Part shown: one piece after another, positions 37,108 through 45,591 of the stretch
Numbering within the stretch: the stretch's first letter is position 1
Layout of the letters: every line of letters starts with the position of its first letter
DNA from: a virus
Strand: one strand, 5' to 3'
DNA length: 64,000 nt
IMG/VR virus record: IMGVR_UViG_3300046169_000120
Location: 1 to 64,000 of that record
The notes under the pieces: model-generated
The model's database searches: none
What the model was told of the DNA's origin: nothing
What the model saw: only the letters and a program-made list of their open reading frames with translations
Position numbers and translations under genes: made by a program

Positions 37108-37992
37108 ATGAGTAAAATAACAATAATAAACGACGCAGAACAAGCTGCGCTTGTAACAAATAATGCCGTAACCGCCGGAAAGTTTTATTTAAAAGGTGAA
37201 GGTTCCACAAACGCAGGAGACATTGTGATATACAATGGGTCTACATGGAAAAGATTTGCCAATGAAGCTACTCAAGCTAGTGAAATTGAGGAGGAGGCTA
37301 GTGAAAATGAATCTAATCAATCTGATGAATCTACTACTACATTTTCTAACGGATATAGCGTAAGCTTTGACGGCGCTAATGACTATTTAAGCATAAGCGC
37401 TTCTAGTTATTCTATATCTGGCAATAAAAGTTTCTCAGCATGGCTTAAACCTACCTCAGGCTCTTATCACTATCTTTGGGGTTACGGTACAAATTTATAT
37501 GCTTTGTATTTCGACTCGTCCGCAGTTTCAATAAGAATGTGGCCGTCAGGTCAAGGCGGAGGATCAGGCAGAACTTATCAACGCATGGTTTCACCTGTAT
37601 CATTTACAAATGGTTCTTGGTACAACATCACGATTACTGGAGACGGAACTACATTAAAGTTATATGTTAACGGACAATCCGCAGCAAGTACTTACACAGA
37701 CAATGACGATTGGTATTTTGAAACAGCCTTAAGGGCTGGAGCTACAGGCACTTCTTTTGCGGGTCTCGTGGATGAATTTGCATTCTTTAATTCTACTTTA
37801 AGCAGCTCCGAAGTGAGCGCCATTTATGGAAGCGGTGAACCTTCAAGCCTGAGCGATTACAATCCTCATTTATGGTGGAGAATGGGAGAAAATGACGGGG
37901 GTACAGGCACTACCGTCACAGATCAAGGTAGTGGCAGCAACGACGCCGCACTTACCAACGGACCTACTTTTTCAACTGACGTACCCTCTTAA
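37108..37992 (+). CDS. LamG-domain fibre protein
   Basis: YNGSTW motif, acidic linker, LamG domain nearly identical to the second domain of 34211; start ATG 37108. Confidence 0.85.
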   Translation: MSKITIINDAEQAALVTNNAVTAGKFYLKGEGSTNAGDIVIYNGSTWKRFANEATQASEIEEEASENESNQSDESTTTFSNGYSVSFDGANDYLSISASSYSISGNKSFSAWLKPTSGSYHYLWGYGTNLYALYFDSSAVSIRMWPSGQGGGSGRTYQRMVSPVSFTNGSWYNITITGDGTTLKLYVNGQSAASTYTDNDDWYFETALRAGATGTSFAGLVDEFAFFNSTLSSSEVSAIYGSGEPSSLSDYNPHLWWRMGENDGGTGTTVTDQGSGSNDAALTNGPTFSTDVPS

Positions 37993-38016
37993 CATTCATC
38001 GAGTGTAAATATTTTT

Positions 38017-38613
38017 TTGGACTTAATTAACAGCAAAGATCGATCTGTTTTAATACTATCTCATTTCTGGACACCAATAAATATAACCACAGCAAAGGAA
38101 GGCGTTCGAAAATTAATATCTTGTGGGTCAAAGCATTTGAAAGAGCCAACGGTTCGAGCATTGAGTGCGAGTGGCGAGCCGTTGTTGTGGGATGAATGGA
38201 TAGATGCTTCTCGCGCAAGCTACTATCAATCACAGCCATTTTTAACAAGTTGCAGTAGAATATATCCTGTGCCTACCATTTTATTGACCACATCAAAGTG
38301 GGTGTTTCAAACAACACAAAAACCAAATCTTAGATATCTACACAAACGATATCGCGGACGCTGTCAAATATGCGGCGACAAGTTTGATATCAAGGATATG
38401 ACCATTGAACATGTTTACCCAAAAAGCAAAGGTGGCCCAAAAGAAGATCATAACATTACACTTACTTGCCAGCCATGCAATTGCAAAAAAGGAGCAATAT
38501 ATCCATATCAAAATTACCGTGGAGAAGAATTAAAAGGCTACAAACCATTAAGGCATTTTCACGCATTTCAAAAAGGGCGCATCGAATGGCAGCCGTTTCT
38601 ATTTAAAAATTAG
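38017..38613 (+). CDS. HNH endonuclease (McrA-like)
   Basis: CQICG...TIEHVYPKSKGG...NITLTCQPCNCKKG; TTG start supported by GTGTA-N9. Confidence 0.9.
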   Translation: MDLINSKDRSVLILSHFWTPINITTAKEGVRKLISCGSKHLKEPTVRALSASGEPLLWDEWIDASRASYYQSQPFLTSCSRIYPVPTILLTTSKWVFQTTQKPNLRYLHKRYRGRCQICGDKFDIKDMTIEHVYPKSKGGPKEDHNITLTCQPCNCKKGAIYPYQNYRGEELKGYKPLRHFHAFQKGRIEWQPFLFKN

Positions 38614-38617
38614 ACAC

Positions 38618-38644
38618 AAAAAAGCCCCCCATTTCTGGGAGGCT
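38618..38644 (-). terminator. Rho-independent terminator after the porin-like gene
   Basis: Minus strand AGCCTCCCA-GAAA-TGGGGGGCT followed by a T run. Confidence 0.85.
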
Positions 38645-38671
38645 GTATGAACAATTATACTTAGAGTATAA

Positions 38672-39316
38672 TTAAAAACTCGCAGTCAATGCCGCAGCCA
38701 CAATACAGTCACTTTCAATTGCATCAGAATTAACCTGATCTGCACTCAAAGATAATACAAGATTCTTGGCAATATTTTTACTTGCGCTAATTCCAACAGA
38801 ATAATAATCAATATTATCTCCACTGTTTAGATCTGTATTACCAAGTGTTCCTCGAACAGATAAATCAATACTATTAATTGAAATGTCGTGAGATACGCCA
38901 GCTTCGAATGTGTATTGACTTTCATCAACATTACGAGCTGCAGAAAGCGTTGGACTTAATAATGTATTGAAATCAGCAGACAATACAACATCAAGATTAC
39001 TTACTCCATCAAGTTGCTCAAAATGCTCAATTCCGCCATAAACAGAAAGTAGTGAACCGAGACTCTTGCCAATTCCTCCAGACAGAATATAAGCATCTCC
39101 ATCTGCACCTGTGCTATGTGCGGTTTGTGCGCCGACTGAAACATCAAATCCACCCTTTGTGGTAGCATAAGATGCGGACGTTTGTAGAGAGTCTTCTGCG
39201 ATTAGAGATCCGCGACGAAACACGTCCGAGCCGTAACCTGTGGATAAAGATCCAGCAGAAGCTGCGTTAATAGAAAATACTGCCAAGGCAGCGAGTGTTA
39301 GTAATTTATTTTTCAT
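38672..39316 (-). CDS. Putative outer-membrane beta-barrel (TorF/Gcw_chp-like porin)
   Basis: Signal peptide MKNKLLTLAALAVFSINAASA, YGSDVFRRG motif, amphipathic strands, C-terminal Phe. Confidence 0.7.
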   Translation of the reverse strand: MKNKLLTLAALAVFSINAASAGSLSTGYGSDVFRRGSLIAEDSLQTSASYATTKGGFDVSVGAQTAHSTGADGDAYILSGGIGKSLGSLLSVYGGIEHFEQLDGVSNLDVVLSADFNTLLSPTLSAARNVDESQYTFEAGVSHDISINSIDLSVRGTLGNTDLNSGDNIDYYSVGISASKNIAKNLVLSLSADQVNSDAIESDCIVAAALTASF

Positions 39317-39330
39317 AATTTGAACTGTAG

Positions 39331-39359
39331 ATTATATAGATTTATTCTAGTTTTGTCAA
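39331..39359 (-). promoter_or_regulatory. Perfect-consensus sigma70 promoter
   Basis: TTGACA-N17-TATAAT upstream of the porin-like gene. Confidence 0.9.
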
Positions 39360-39763
39360 GTAATTTCTATTCTTTTTGTTTTTTGTTGTTTTCTGGGTAT
39401 GTTTATGTATAGTATGCCATCTTTGTTTGTGGCTTTGATTTTGTTTGTGTCGAGTTCGTTTTTGAGGGTGAATAGATTGGTCGACTCGCGCGGTTCAAAT
39501 TGTTGATGTAGATATTTATCTTCTTTTTGTTGCGTCGACTTGCACACCACTTTTAGAACACCATTTTCACAAGATAAATTGATATCCTCTTTTGCGACAC
39601 CTGGGCATTCTAATTGTATTTCAATTTCCTTTTCTCTAGATACAATGTTCGCGCGACGTTTTGACTCAACTGTGTCAAACAGCGAATCAGTAAACAAATC
39701 TTCAAGTAGATTGCTCCATGCGTTAGTATTTTTATTGTATGAATTGTTGATATAGTATGACAT
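39356..39763 (-). CDS. Small heat-shock protein Hsp20
   Basis: ECPGVAKEDI...ENGVLKV...F.L...IKATNKDGILYINIPR; start ATG 39763. Confidence 0.92.
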   Translation of the reverse strand: MSYYINNSYNKNTNAWSNLLEDLFTDSLFDTVESKRRANIVSREKEIEIQLECPGVAKEDINLSCENGVLKVVCKSTQQKEDKYLHQQFEPRESTNLFTLKNELDTNKIKATNKDGILYINIPRKQQKTKRIEIT

Positions 39764-39839
39764 TTTGTAATTTATATTTAATTGTTTGAGACTGTGTGTC
39801 ACAAAAACACTGTGTTTTCGATATTCACACTTATATACT

Positions 39840-39855
39840 TGCTACTTTCATGCCA
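39840..39855 (-). promoter_or_regulatory. sigma54-type -24/-12 promoter candidate
   Basis: TGGCATG-AAAG-TAGCA (GG-N10-GC), immediately after the nrdB terminator and upstream of hsp20. Confidence 0.65.
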
Positions 39856-39858
39856 AAT

Positions 39859-39884
39859 AAAAAAGCCCCCATCGCTGGGGGCTT
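39859..39884 (-). terminator. Rho-independent terminator after nrdB
   Basis: Minus strand AAGCCCCCA-GCGA-TGGGGGCTT followed by a T run. Confidence 0.88.
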
Positions 39885-39910
39885 GGTAGCTTGCAATTCC
39901 TCTTGGAGAA

Positions 39911-40924
39911 TTAAAAGTCGTCTTCCAGAGCGCCGCTTTGTTGGTACTCACGAACTCGGCGCTCAAAAAAGTTGCCCATAGCTTGAACATCAACAACTTC
40001 ACTAAGCCAAGGAAATGGATTTTTATCGCTAGGAAAGCGATAGTCAAGACCAATACCTTCTAACCTACGATTACCAATATAATGCATATAATCAACAAAC
40101 ATATCCGCATTCAATCCAAGAATGCCTGTTGGTAAAACATCGTGTGCGTATGCAATCTCAAGCTCAACAGCTTTTTTCATATGATCCACAAACTCTTGCT
40201 GAATTTCTTCTGTCCAGATTTCTGGATTTTGCTCGATAAGAGTATTGATAAGATATGTACCAAATGCAATGTGAGAGCTTTCATCACGCAGTGTATACTT
40301 GATTTGATCAGAAATGCCTTGGAGCTTGTTTTGGCGACCCAATGCAAGAAGCATAGCAAATCCGCTAAAGAAGAACGTTCCTTCGCATACAATCCAGTAT
40401 GTCAAAAAGTTTCTCAGAAGCTCTTGCTTACCCTCTATTGTTTGCGGGTCAAAATCTTGACGACTGATGTCATTGGTGATACCCATTAGAAAGTCATCCT
40501 TTGCTTTGATGCTAGGAATTGTTTCGTATGCGGCAAACACCTCTTCGATATTCAGATCCAAACTGTCACAAATATATACTACCGTAAGATTGTGAAGACT
40601 TTCTTCAAATGCTTGACGCAATATGTACTGCCTGCACTCAGCATCTGTAACATATTTAAAGGCAGATAAAAGCAAATTATTACCAACCAAAGACTCAGAT
40701 CCAGCAAAAAACCCAAGACAACGTTTAACAAGTAATTTTTCATCATTTGTAATTTCATTATTTTTCCATTGTTTAATATCTACCTGCATACTTATTTCAG
40801 TAGGCATCCAATTGTTTGCGCAACTTTTTAGAAATAAGTCCCAAGCATATTTGTGTTTGTGTGGCAAGATACGATTCACGCCAGCGATGTTTTCTGTAAG
40901 AAGTTCTCCTGTTTTAGTTTCCAT
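39911..40924 (-). CDS. nrdB: Ribonucleotide reductase R2 subunit, class Ic (Mn/Fe)-like
   Basis: WMPTEI, AGSESLVGNN, EESLH, EGTFFFSGF, RDESSH, NFFE; Val at the radical-Tyr position. Confidence 0.93.
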   Translation of the reverse strand: METKTGELLTENIAGVNRILPHKHKYAWDLFLKSCANNWMPTEISMQVDIKQWKNNEITNDEKLLVKRCLGFFAGSESLVGNNLLLSAFKYVTDAECRQYILRQAFEESLHNLTVVYICDSLDLNIEEVFAAYETIPSIKAKDDFLMGITNDISRQDFDPQTIEGKQELLRNFLTYWIVCEGTFFFSGFAMLLALGRQNKLQGISDQIKYTLRDESSHIAFGTYLINTLIEQNPEIWTEEIQQEFVDHMKKAVELEIAYAHDVLPTGILGLNADMFVDYMHYIGNRRLEGIGLDYRFPSDKNPFPWLSEVVDVQAMGNFFERRVREYQQSGALEDDF

Positions 40925-40962
40925 GTTTGTATATAACGATAAATTTTTAATTAAAGATTACA

Positions 40963-40991
40963 ATAATACATTATTATTTAAATGAAGTCAA
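40963..40991 (-). promoter_or_regulatory. sigma70-type promoter of nrdB
   Basis: TTGACT-N17-TATTAT. Confidence 0.7.
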
Positions 40992-40997
40992 TGAAAT

Positions 40998-42254
40998 TCA
41001 TTTACCCTCTTTATCTTTAATCATTCTTGACTCTAGTTCAAACTTTTTATCCCAATCTATAAATCCATTTTCATCCATCCAAGGAGGGCGCACTTCATTA
41101 CTTGTACCTGAAAAATAAAAAGATAATCCAACAATAGATATTACTACAAGAGCAATACCGAAACATATCCAAGCCAAATTCTTGATAAAAAAATTCTTTA
41201 TCTTAGGTTCAGGCTTTAGCCCAGGATCTGGCTTTGGTTGAGGCTTTGGCTGAGGCTTTGGCTGAGGCTTTGGCTGAGGCTTTGGTTGAGGCTTTGGCTG
41301 AGGCTTTGGCTGAGGCTTTGGCTGAGGCTTTGGTTGAGGCTTTGGCTCTGGTTCAGGATCTGGAGTATAAATTAACATTCCATCTGCATCAATAATACCA
41401 TGTCCCCACGAATAATCTTTTCCTTCTACACCTGCGTCGTCAGCATGCTCTTTTAACAAATCTCTAATTTCATCTACTGTATAACTATAACCTTCAGATT
41501 TTAATTTTGAAATAAGTAGAGCCACGACTCCAGCAACAAAAGGGCATGCCATAGATGTTCCGCTAAGGCGTGCATAACTTTTTTGTTTATATGTACTGTA
41601 TATATTTACTCCTGGAGCAGCGATCTCGACTTGTTTACCTCGAGATGAAAAAGAGGCAATAGCTTTATTTTTGTCAAAAGCAGCAACAGCAATACATTCT
41701 TCTAATGCAGCAGGATAATTTACCCCAGCAATACCAGAGTTTCCTGCTGCGCAGATAACTACAATATTTGAATCGTAAGCTTTTTTTACAGCCTCTTGTA
41801 TGCTCGAATTAAGTCTTGGACCTCCCAAAGACATGCTAATAATATCAACTTTTTTCTCTATACAATAGTTAATCGCAGATGCTATACCGGCAGAACTTCC
41901 TGAGCCAGAATTACTTAAACCTTTAACGCATAAACACTTAGAGTCAGGTGCTACACCAACCATTCCAGAGGAATTATTCTTTGCGGATATAATACCAACA
42001 CAATGTGTTTGATGGCCATGTTTATCCTCTGCAGATTCTCCTTCGATAAAGCTTGGTCCCTCAATTGCATTATCTCCAATGTCAGGATGATTTGGAAAAC
42101 CCGTATCTATCACACCTATAAGTACATTTTTACCTGTTGAAGTTTGCCATATTTTAGGGATATTTAATTGACTTAAACCCCAATCTGTTAATTGGGAAAA
42201 GGTTGAGTAAACTTTTTCAACCTTGATGGGGGGTAATTGAAATTCATCTTTCAT
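40998..42254 (-). CDS. Subtilisin-like S8 serine protease with a PKPQ linker and a C-terminal transmembrane helix
   Basis: VIDTG, HGHQTH, AAGNSG, GTSMACP; start ATG 42254. Confidence 0.92.
   Translation of the reverse strand: MKDEFQLPPIKVEKVYSTFSQLTDWGLSQLNIPKIWQTSTGKNVLIGVIDTGFPNHPDIGDNAIEGPSFIEGESAEDKHGHQTHCVGIISAKNNSSGMVGVAPDSKCLCVKGLSNSGSGSSAGIASAINYCIEKKVDIISMSLGGPRLNSSIQEAVKKAYDSNIVVICAAGNSGIAGVNYPAALEECIAVAAFDKNKAIASFSSRGKQVEIAAPGVNIYSTYKQKSYARLSGTSMACPFVAGVVALLISKLKSEGYSYTVDEIRDLLKEHADDAGVEGKDYSWGHGIIDADGMLIYTPDPEPEPKPQPKPQPKPQPKPQPKPQPKPQPKPQPKPQPKPQPKPDPGLKPEPKIKNFFIKNLAWICFGIALVVISIVGLSFYFSGTSNEVRPPWMDENGFIDWDKKFELESRMIKDKEGK
41231..41346. repeat. 12-bp tandem repeat encoding about 9 PKPQ units
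   Basis: GGCTTTGG(C/T)TGA repeated. Confidence 0.95.
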
Positions 42255-42260
42255 TACTAT

Positions 42261-42289
42261 ATTATAATTCTTATTGACAACTTTCGCAA
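42261..42289 (-). promoter_or_regulatory. sigma70-type promoter of the subtilase, probably leaderless
   Basis: TTGCGA-N17-TATAAT, 6 nt before ATG 42254. Confidence 0.65.
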
Positions 42290-44715
42290 GTCCCACCATT
42301 TTTCATAGCTTCGATACTGCAAGCAGTAGCCTCTGAAGGCTTGGTGGAGTCGGTGTTAGCCTTTTCAACTTTAGACGCCGCACGATTACGAAGGTAGTAT
42401 GTAGTCTTCAACCCGGCTTCCCAGCAATTCATATATACATCATTCAAATACTTTAATGAGGTAGATTTATTGTAAAGATTAAAACTTACTGCTTGATCAA
42501 TCCATTTTTGGCGAGCTGCATTACATTCAATAAGTTTAAACATATCGCGGTCAAATGCTGTTTTGTATTTTTCTTTTAATTCAGTTGGAATGTCGCCATT
42601 AAGCAAGGATAAATCGCCATCAACACTTTTCACAAGCTCAGCAATTTTACTGTTCCAAAGACCAGCAGCCTTCATATCATCAATAAAGTGTTGGTTTGTT
42701 ATAAAGAAGTTTCCGCTTTTATTTTCATACACAAAGAGAACCGAGAAATTTGGTTCAATACTTTGCTCGACACCATTGATATAACCAATTGTGGCAGTTG
42801 GAGCGATCGCCATAACATTACTATTCCGCATTCCATGCTCGGCAACGTGGCTACGAAGCTCTTTCCATTCAGATGTAAGGGTTTCACCTCCTCCGACACT
42901 AGAAGCCTTTCTGTATTCTGTGAGAACGTTATACGAATCTATTGGAAAAATATTTTGGCTCCATAGTGATCCTTGGTATGTTTCATATGAACCTTTTTCT
43001 TTTGCAAGGTTCGAGCTTGCAGAAATAGCGTTGTACGAATAAAACTCAAACAAATGATCATTAAATTTCACAGCCTCATCACTGTCTATATTGATGTTCA
43101 TTTTGTGCAACACATCATGCAATGCCATCATACCCAATCCAATAGGACGATTTCTTAAATTGCTATTGCTTGCTTCTTTCGTAGGATAAAAATTAAGATC
43201 AACAACACTATCCAATGCTCGTATAGCAACATGTATTGTATTTTTTAATTTATCATAATCTAAAGTATTGTCATCTTTTAAATGATTGAGTAGATTGACT
43301 GATCCAAGATTACAAACCGCAGTTTCACCAATTTTTGTTTTTTCGCCTTTATCATATTCAGACGCTTTGGTGTGAAGTGTGATTTCAGTGCAAAGATTAC
43401 TGCTGTGCACAATACCTTCGTGTTGATTAGTATAACGAATATTGCATGGATCTTTGAATGTGCACCATGGATGGGATGTTTCAAACAACACCTTTAGCAT
43501 TTTCTTCCACAATTCTTTTGCAGGAACTACTCGATAGTTTTTAATGATACCTTCTTCTGCTTGATTACATAGTTTATTATAACGAGCGTCAAAATCTTCA
43601 GCGAAACAATCGTGCAAAGTTTTCCCATCTTCTCCAACTGTGTCTCGAGGATCAAAATAATACCAAGCATCTTCATTTTGAACTCGGCGCATAAATTCAT
43701 CAGGAATCCAAGATGCTGTATTCATATCGTGACAGCGTAGACGATCATCGCCTGTATTCCTACGAAGATTAAGAAAGTCTTCAAAATCTAAATGCCAAGG
43801 TTCAAGATATGCACATCCAGCACCTGGACGCTTGCCACCTTGATTTACAGCAACCAAAAGATCGTTGTAAATCTTCAACCATGGAACTAATCCGCTAGAG
43901 ATACCGTTTGTTCCCTTGATGTGAGAACCTGTAGAACGAAATGGAGTAACGTCTAATCCAAGACCGCCTGCATACTTGCTTTTTCGCGCTTCTTGCCAAG
44001 CGCCATCAAAAATACCGTCAATACTATCATCAAATGTATTAAGGTAACAACTACTCAACTGAGATCTAGCAGTTCCACTATTAAAAAGAGTTGGAGTAGA
44101 AGAAGTATACAAAAATTGACTAAAAAGATCATAATACTTAATCGCCCACTCTTCTTTATTCTCTTCGTTTAGAGCAAGTCCCATGGCAACCCTCATCCAA
44201 AAACTTTGTGGAGCTTCCATGATTTTGTCGTCTTCACGAATAAAATAACGATCTGTGAGAATTTGAATACCAAGATACTTAAAAGAGTTGTCTCGACGAA
44301 TTCGAAGCGCTTCAGATAATTGAGTTAAATCATACTCAAGCATGCGCTCGTTCAGTTTTCCACTTTTAACCAACTTCTTGATTCCTTGAATAAAACTCTT
44401 GCGATATTGCAATCGAAAAGCGTCGCTGTCAACACCTTCCTTAAATACTTCTTTATATACTGTGTTGAGTAGAAGTCGAGCTGCGGCATAACTATAATTA
44501 GGCTCTTTCTCTATCTTTTCTCGTGCGCTTAATATAAGTGACGTGTCGATTTCTTTGGTTGTAATTTTATCGTACAGCTGAAGTTGTGCATCTAATACAA
44601 TCTCACTGACCGAAACATCAGACACTCCTTCGCACGCACGCTCTACATTAGCATTAATCTTCTCGACAATAAAATCCTGAAGACGACCATTTCTTTTTTT
44701 TACTTTTATATCCAT
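42271..44715 (-). CDS. nrdA: Ribonucleotide reductase alpha subunit with ATP cone
   Basis: VKKRNG, TPTLFNSG, SSC, SNLCTEI, CNLGS, APTAT, KTTYY, C-terminal CESCQ. Confidence 0.97.
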   Translation of the reverse strand: MDIKVKKRNGRLQDFIVEKINANVERACEGVSDVSVSEIVLDAQLQLYDKITTKEIDTSLILSAREKIEKEPNYSYAAARLLLNTVYKEVFKEGVDSDAFRLQYRKSFIQGIKKLVKSGKLNERMLEYDLTQLSEALRIRRDNSFKYLGIQILTDRYFIREDDKIMEAPQSFWMRVAMGLALNEENKEEWAIKYYDLFSQFLYTSSTPTLFNSGTARSQLSSCYLNTFDDSIDGIFDGAWQEARKSKYAGGLGLDVTPFRSTGSHIKGTNGISSGLVPWLKIYNDLLVAVNQGGKRPGAGCAYLEPWHLDFEDFLNLRRNTGDDRLRCHDMNTASWIPDEFMRRVQNEDAWYYFDPRDTVGEDGKTLHDCFAEDFDARYNKLCNQAEEGIIKNYRVVPAKELWKKMLKVLFETSHPWCTFKDPCNIRYTNQHEGIVHSSNLCTEITLHTKASEYDKGEKTKIGETAVCNLGSVNLLNHLKDDNTLDYDKLKNTIHVAIRALDSVVDLNFYPTKEASNSNLRNRPIGLGMMALHDVLHKMNINIDSDEAVKFNDHLFEFYSYNAISASSNLAKEKGSYETYQGSLWSQNIFPIDSYNVLTEYRKASSVGGGETLTSEWKELRSHVAEHGMRNSNVMAIAPTATIGYINGVEQSIEPNFSVLFVYENKSGNFFITNQHFIDDMKAAGLWNSKIAELVKSVDGDLSLLNGDIPTELKEKYKTAFDRDMFKLIECNAARQKWIDQAVSFNLYNKSTSLKYLNDVYMNCWEAGLKTTYYLRNRAASKVEKANTDSTKPSEATACSIEAMKNGGTCESCQ

Positions 44716-44727
44716 ATTATGTTTTAA

Positions 44728-44756
44728 ATAGTAACATTTAGTTGGGGTTATGTCAA
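44728..44756 (-). promoter_or_regulatory. sigma70-type promoter of nrdA
   Basis: TTGACA-N17-TACTAT. Confidence 0.8.
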
Positions 44757-44790
44757 TTGAAATTATCTGTATGTTTATAACTTTTCAAGC

Positions 44791-44819
44791 TTGACAATAT
44801 CATTGCGTTTTGATAAAAT
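44791..44819 (+). promoter_or_regulatory. sigma70-type promoter of the polymerase operon, probably leaderless
   Basis: TTGACA-N17-TAAAAT, 7 nt before ATG 44827. Confidence 0.85.
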
Positions 44820-44826
44820 AGTTGGC

Positions 44827-45591
44827 ATGTTACCTTTATTTAAAAGCCACTATTCAATCGGCAAGAGTATATTAACTCTGGATGATCCAATTACACATAA
44901 AGAAGGCGGATCAGACAGTGTTTTTAGTATTGCTGTAGAAAATAAATTAAAACAAGTGATCCTCGTTGAGGATTCTTTAACAGGATTTCTTCAAGCCAAA
45001 AAAAATGCGGATAATTTAAAATTAAAACTTATCTTTGGATTGCGCATTGATATGAGAGAGAATGCAAGTGTCGACCCAAAAGAAGAATCTGTAAAGAGTT
45101 CGCACAAAATTATATTGTTTGCACGAGACGCCGAAGGATGCAAATTACTAAATACAATATATAGTGAAGCATTCACCAAACATTACAACTGCGTGGATCA
45201 AAAAGTGCTAAAGAAACATTGGAACGATAAACATCTCATTCTAGCAATACCTTTTTATGATAGTTTTATTTATAACAATCTTATGAAGTTCGCAAACTGC
45301 ACACCAAGTTTTGACTTCACCAAGCCAACATTCTTTATCGAGCAAAACGGCTTACCTTTCGACAATTTCCTAGAACAAAAAGTAAAAAACTACGCCTCTA
45401 AAGACAACAATAAAGTGGAATATACAAAAAGTATATACTATAAAAATAAATCAGACGTAACTGCCCTACAAACATATAAATGTATTACTGGTAGAACATT
45501 TGGAAACAAAACATTAAGTAAACCAAACTTAGATCACTTCGGCAGCAATGAATTTTGCTTCGAAAGCTGGAAGGAGAATAATGAAAGATAA
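44827..45591 (+). CDS. Stand-alone PHP domain of DNA polymerase III alpha
   Basis: PLFKSHYSIGKSIL, KLIFG, IILFARDAEGCKLL; the downstream DnaE lacks this domain. Confidence 0.8.
   Translation: MLPLFKSHYSIGKSILTLDDPITHKEGGSDSVFSIAVENKLKQVILVEDSLTGFLQAKKNADNLKLKLIFGLRIDMRENASVDPKEESVKSSHKIILFARDAEGCKLLNTIYSEAFTKHYNCVDQKVLKKHWNDKHLILAIPFYDSFIYNNLMKFANCTPSFDFTKPTFFIEQNGLPFDNFLEQKVKNYASKDNNKVEYTKSIYYKNKSDVTALQTYKCITGRTFGNKTLSKPNLDHFGSNEFCFESWKENNER

Larger units (their letters stand above)
35196..37975. repeat. Dispersed near-identical duplication of about 610 bp (about 35196..35805 and 37367..37975) encoding one LamG domain
   Basis: Long identical tracts with clustered, mostly synonymous differences. 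Confidence 0.93.

Noticed and set aside
35196-37975. LamG duplication as a DGR template/variable pair
   Set aside because: Both copies are coding, differences are mostly synonymous and not adenine-specific, and no RT is present in the window
39764-39910. tRNA or ncRNA between nrdB and hsp20; ORFs 39796..39981 and 39799..40053
   Set aside because: No cloverleaf; the region is explained by a terminator, a promoter candidate and a leader
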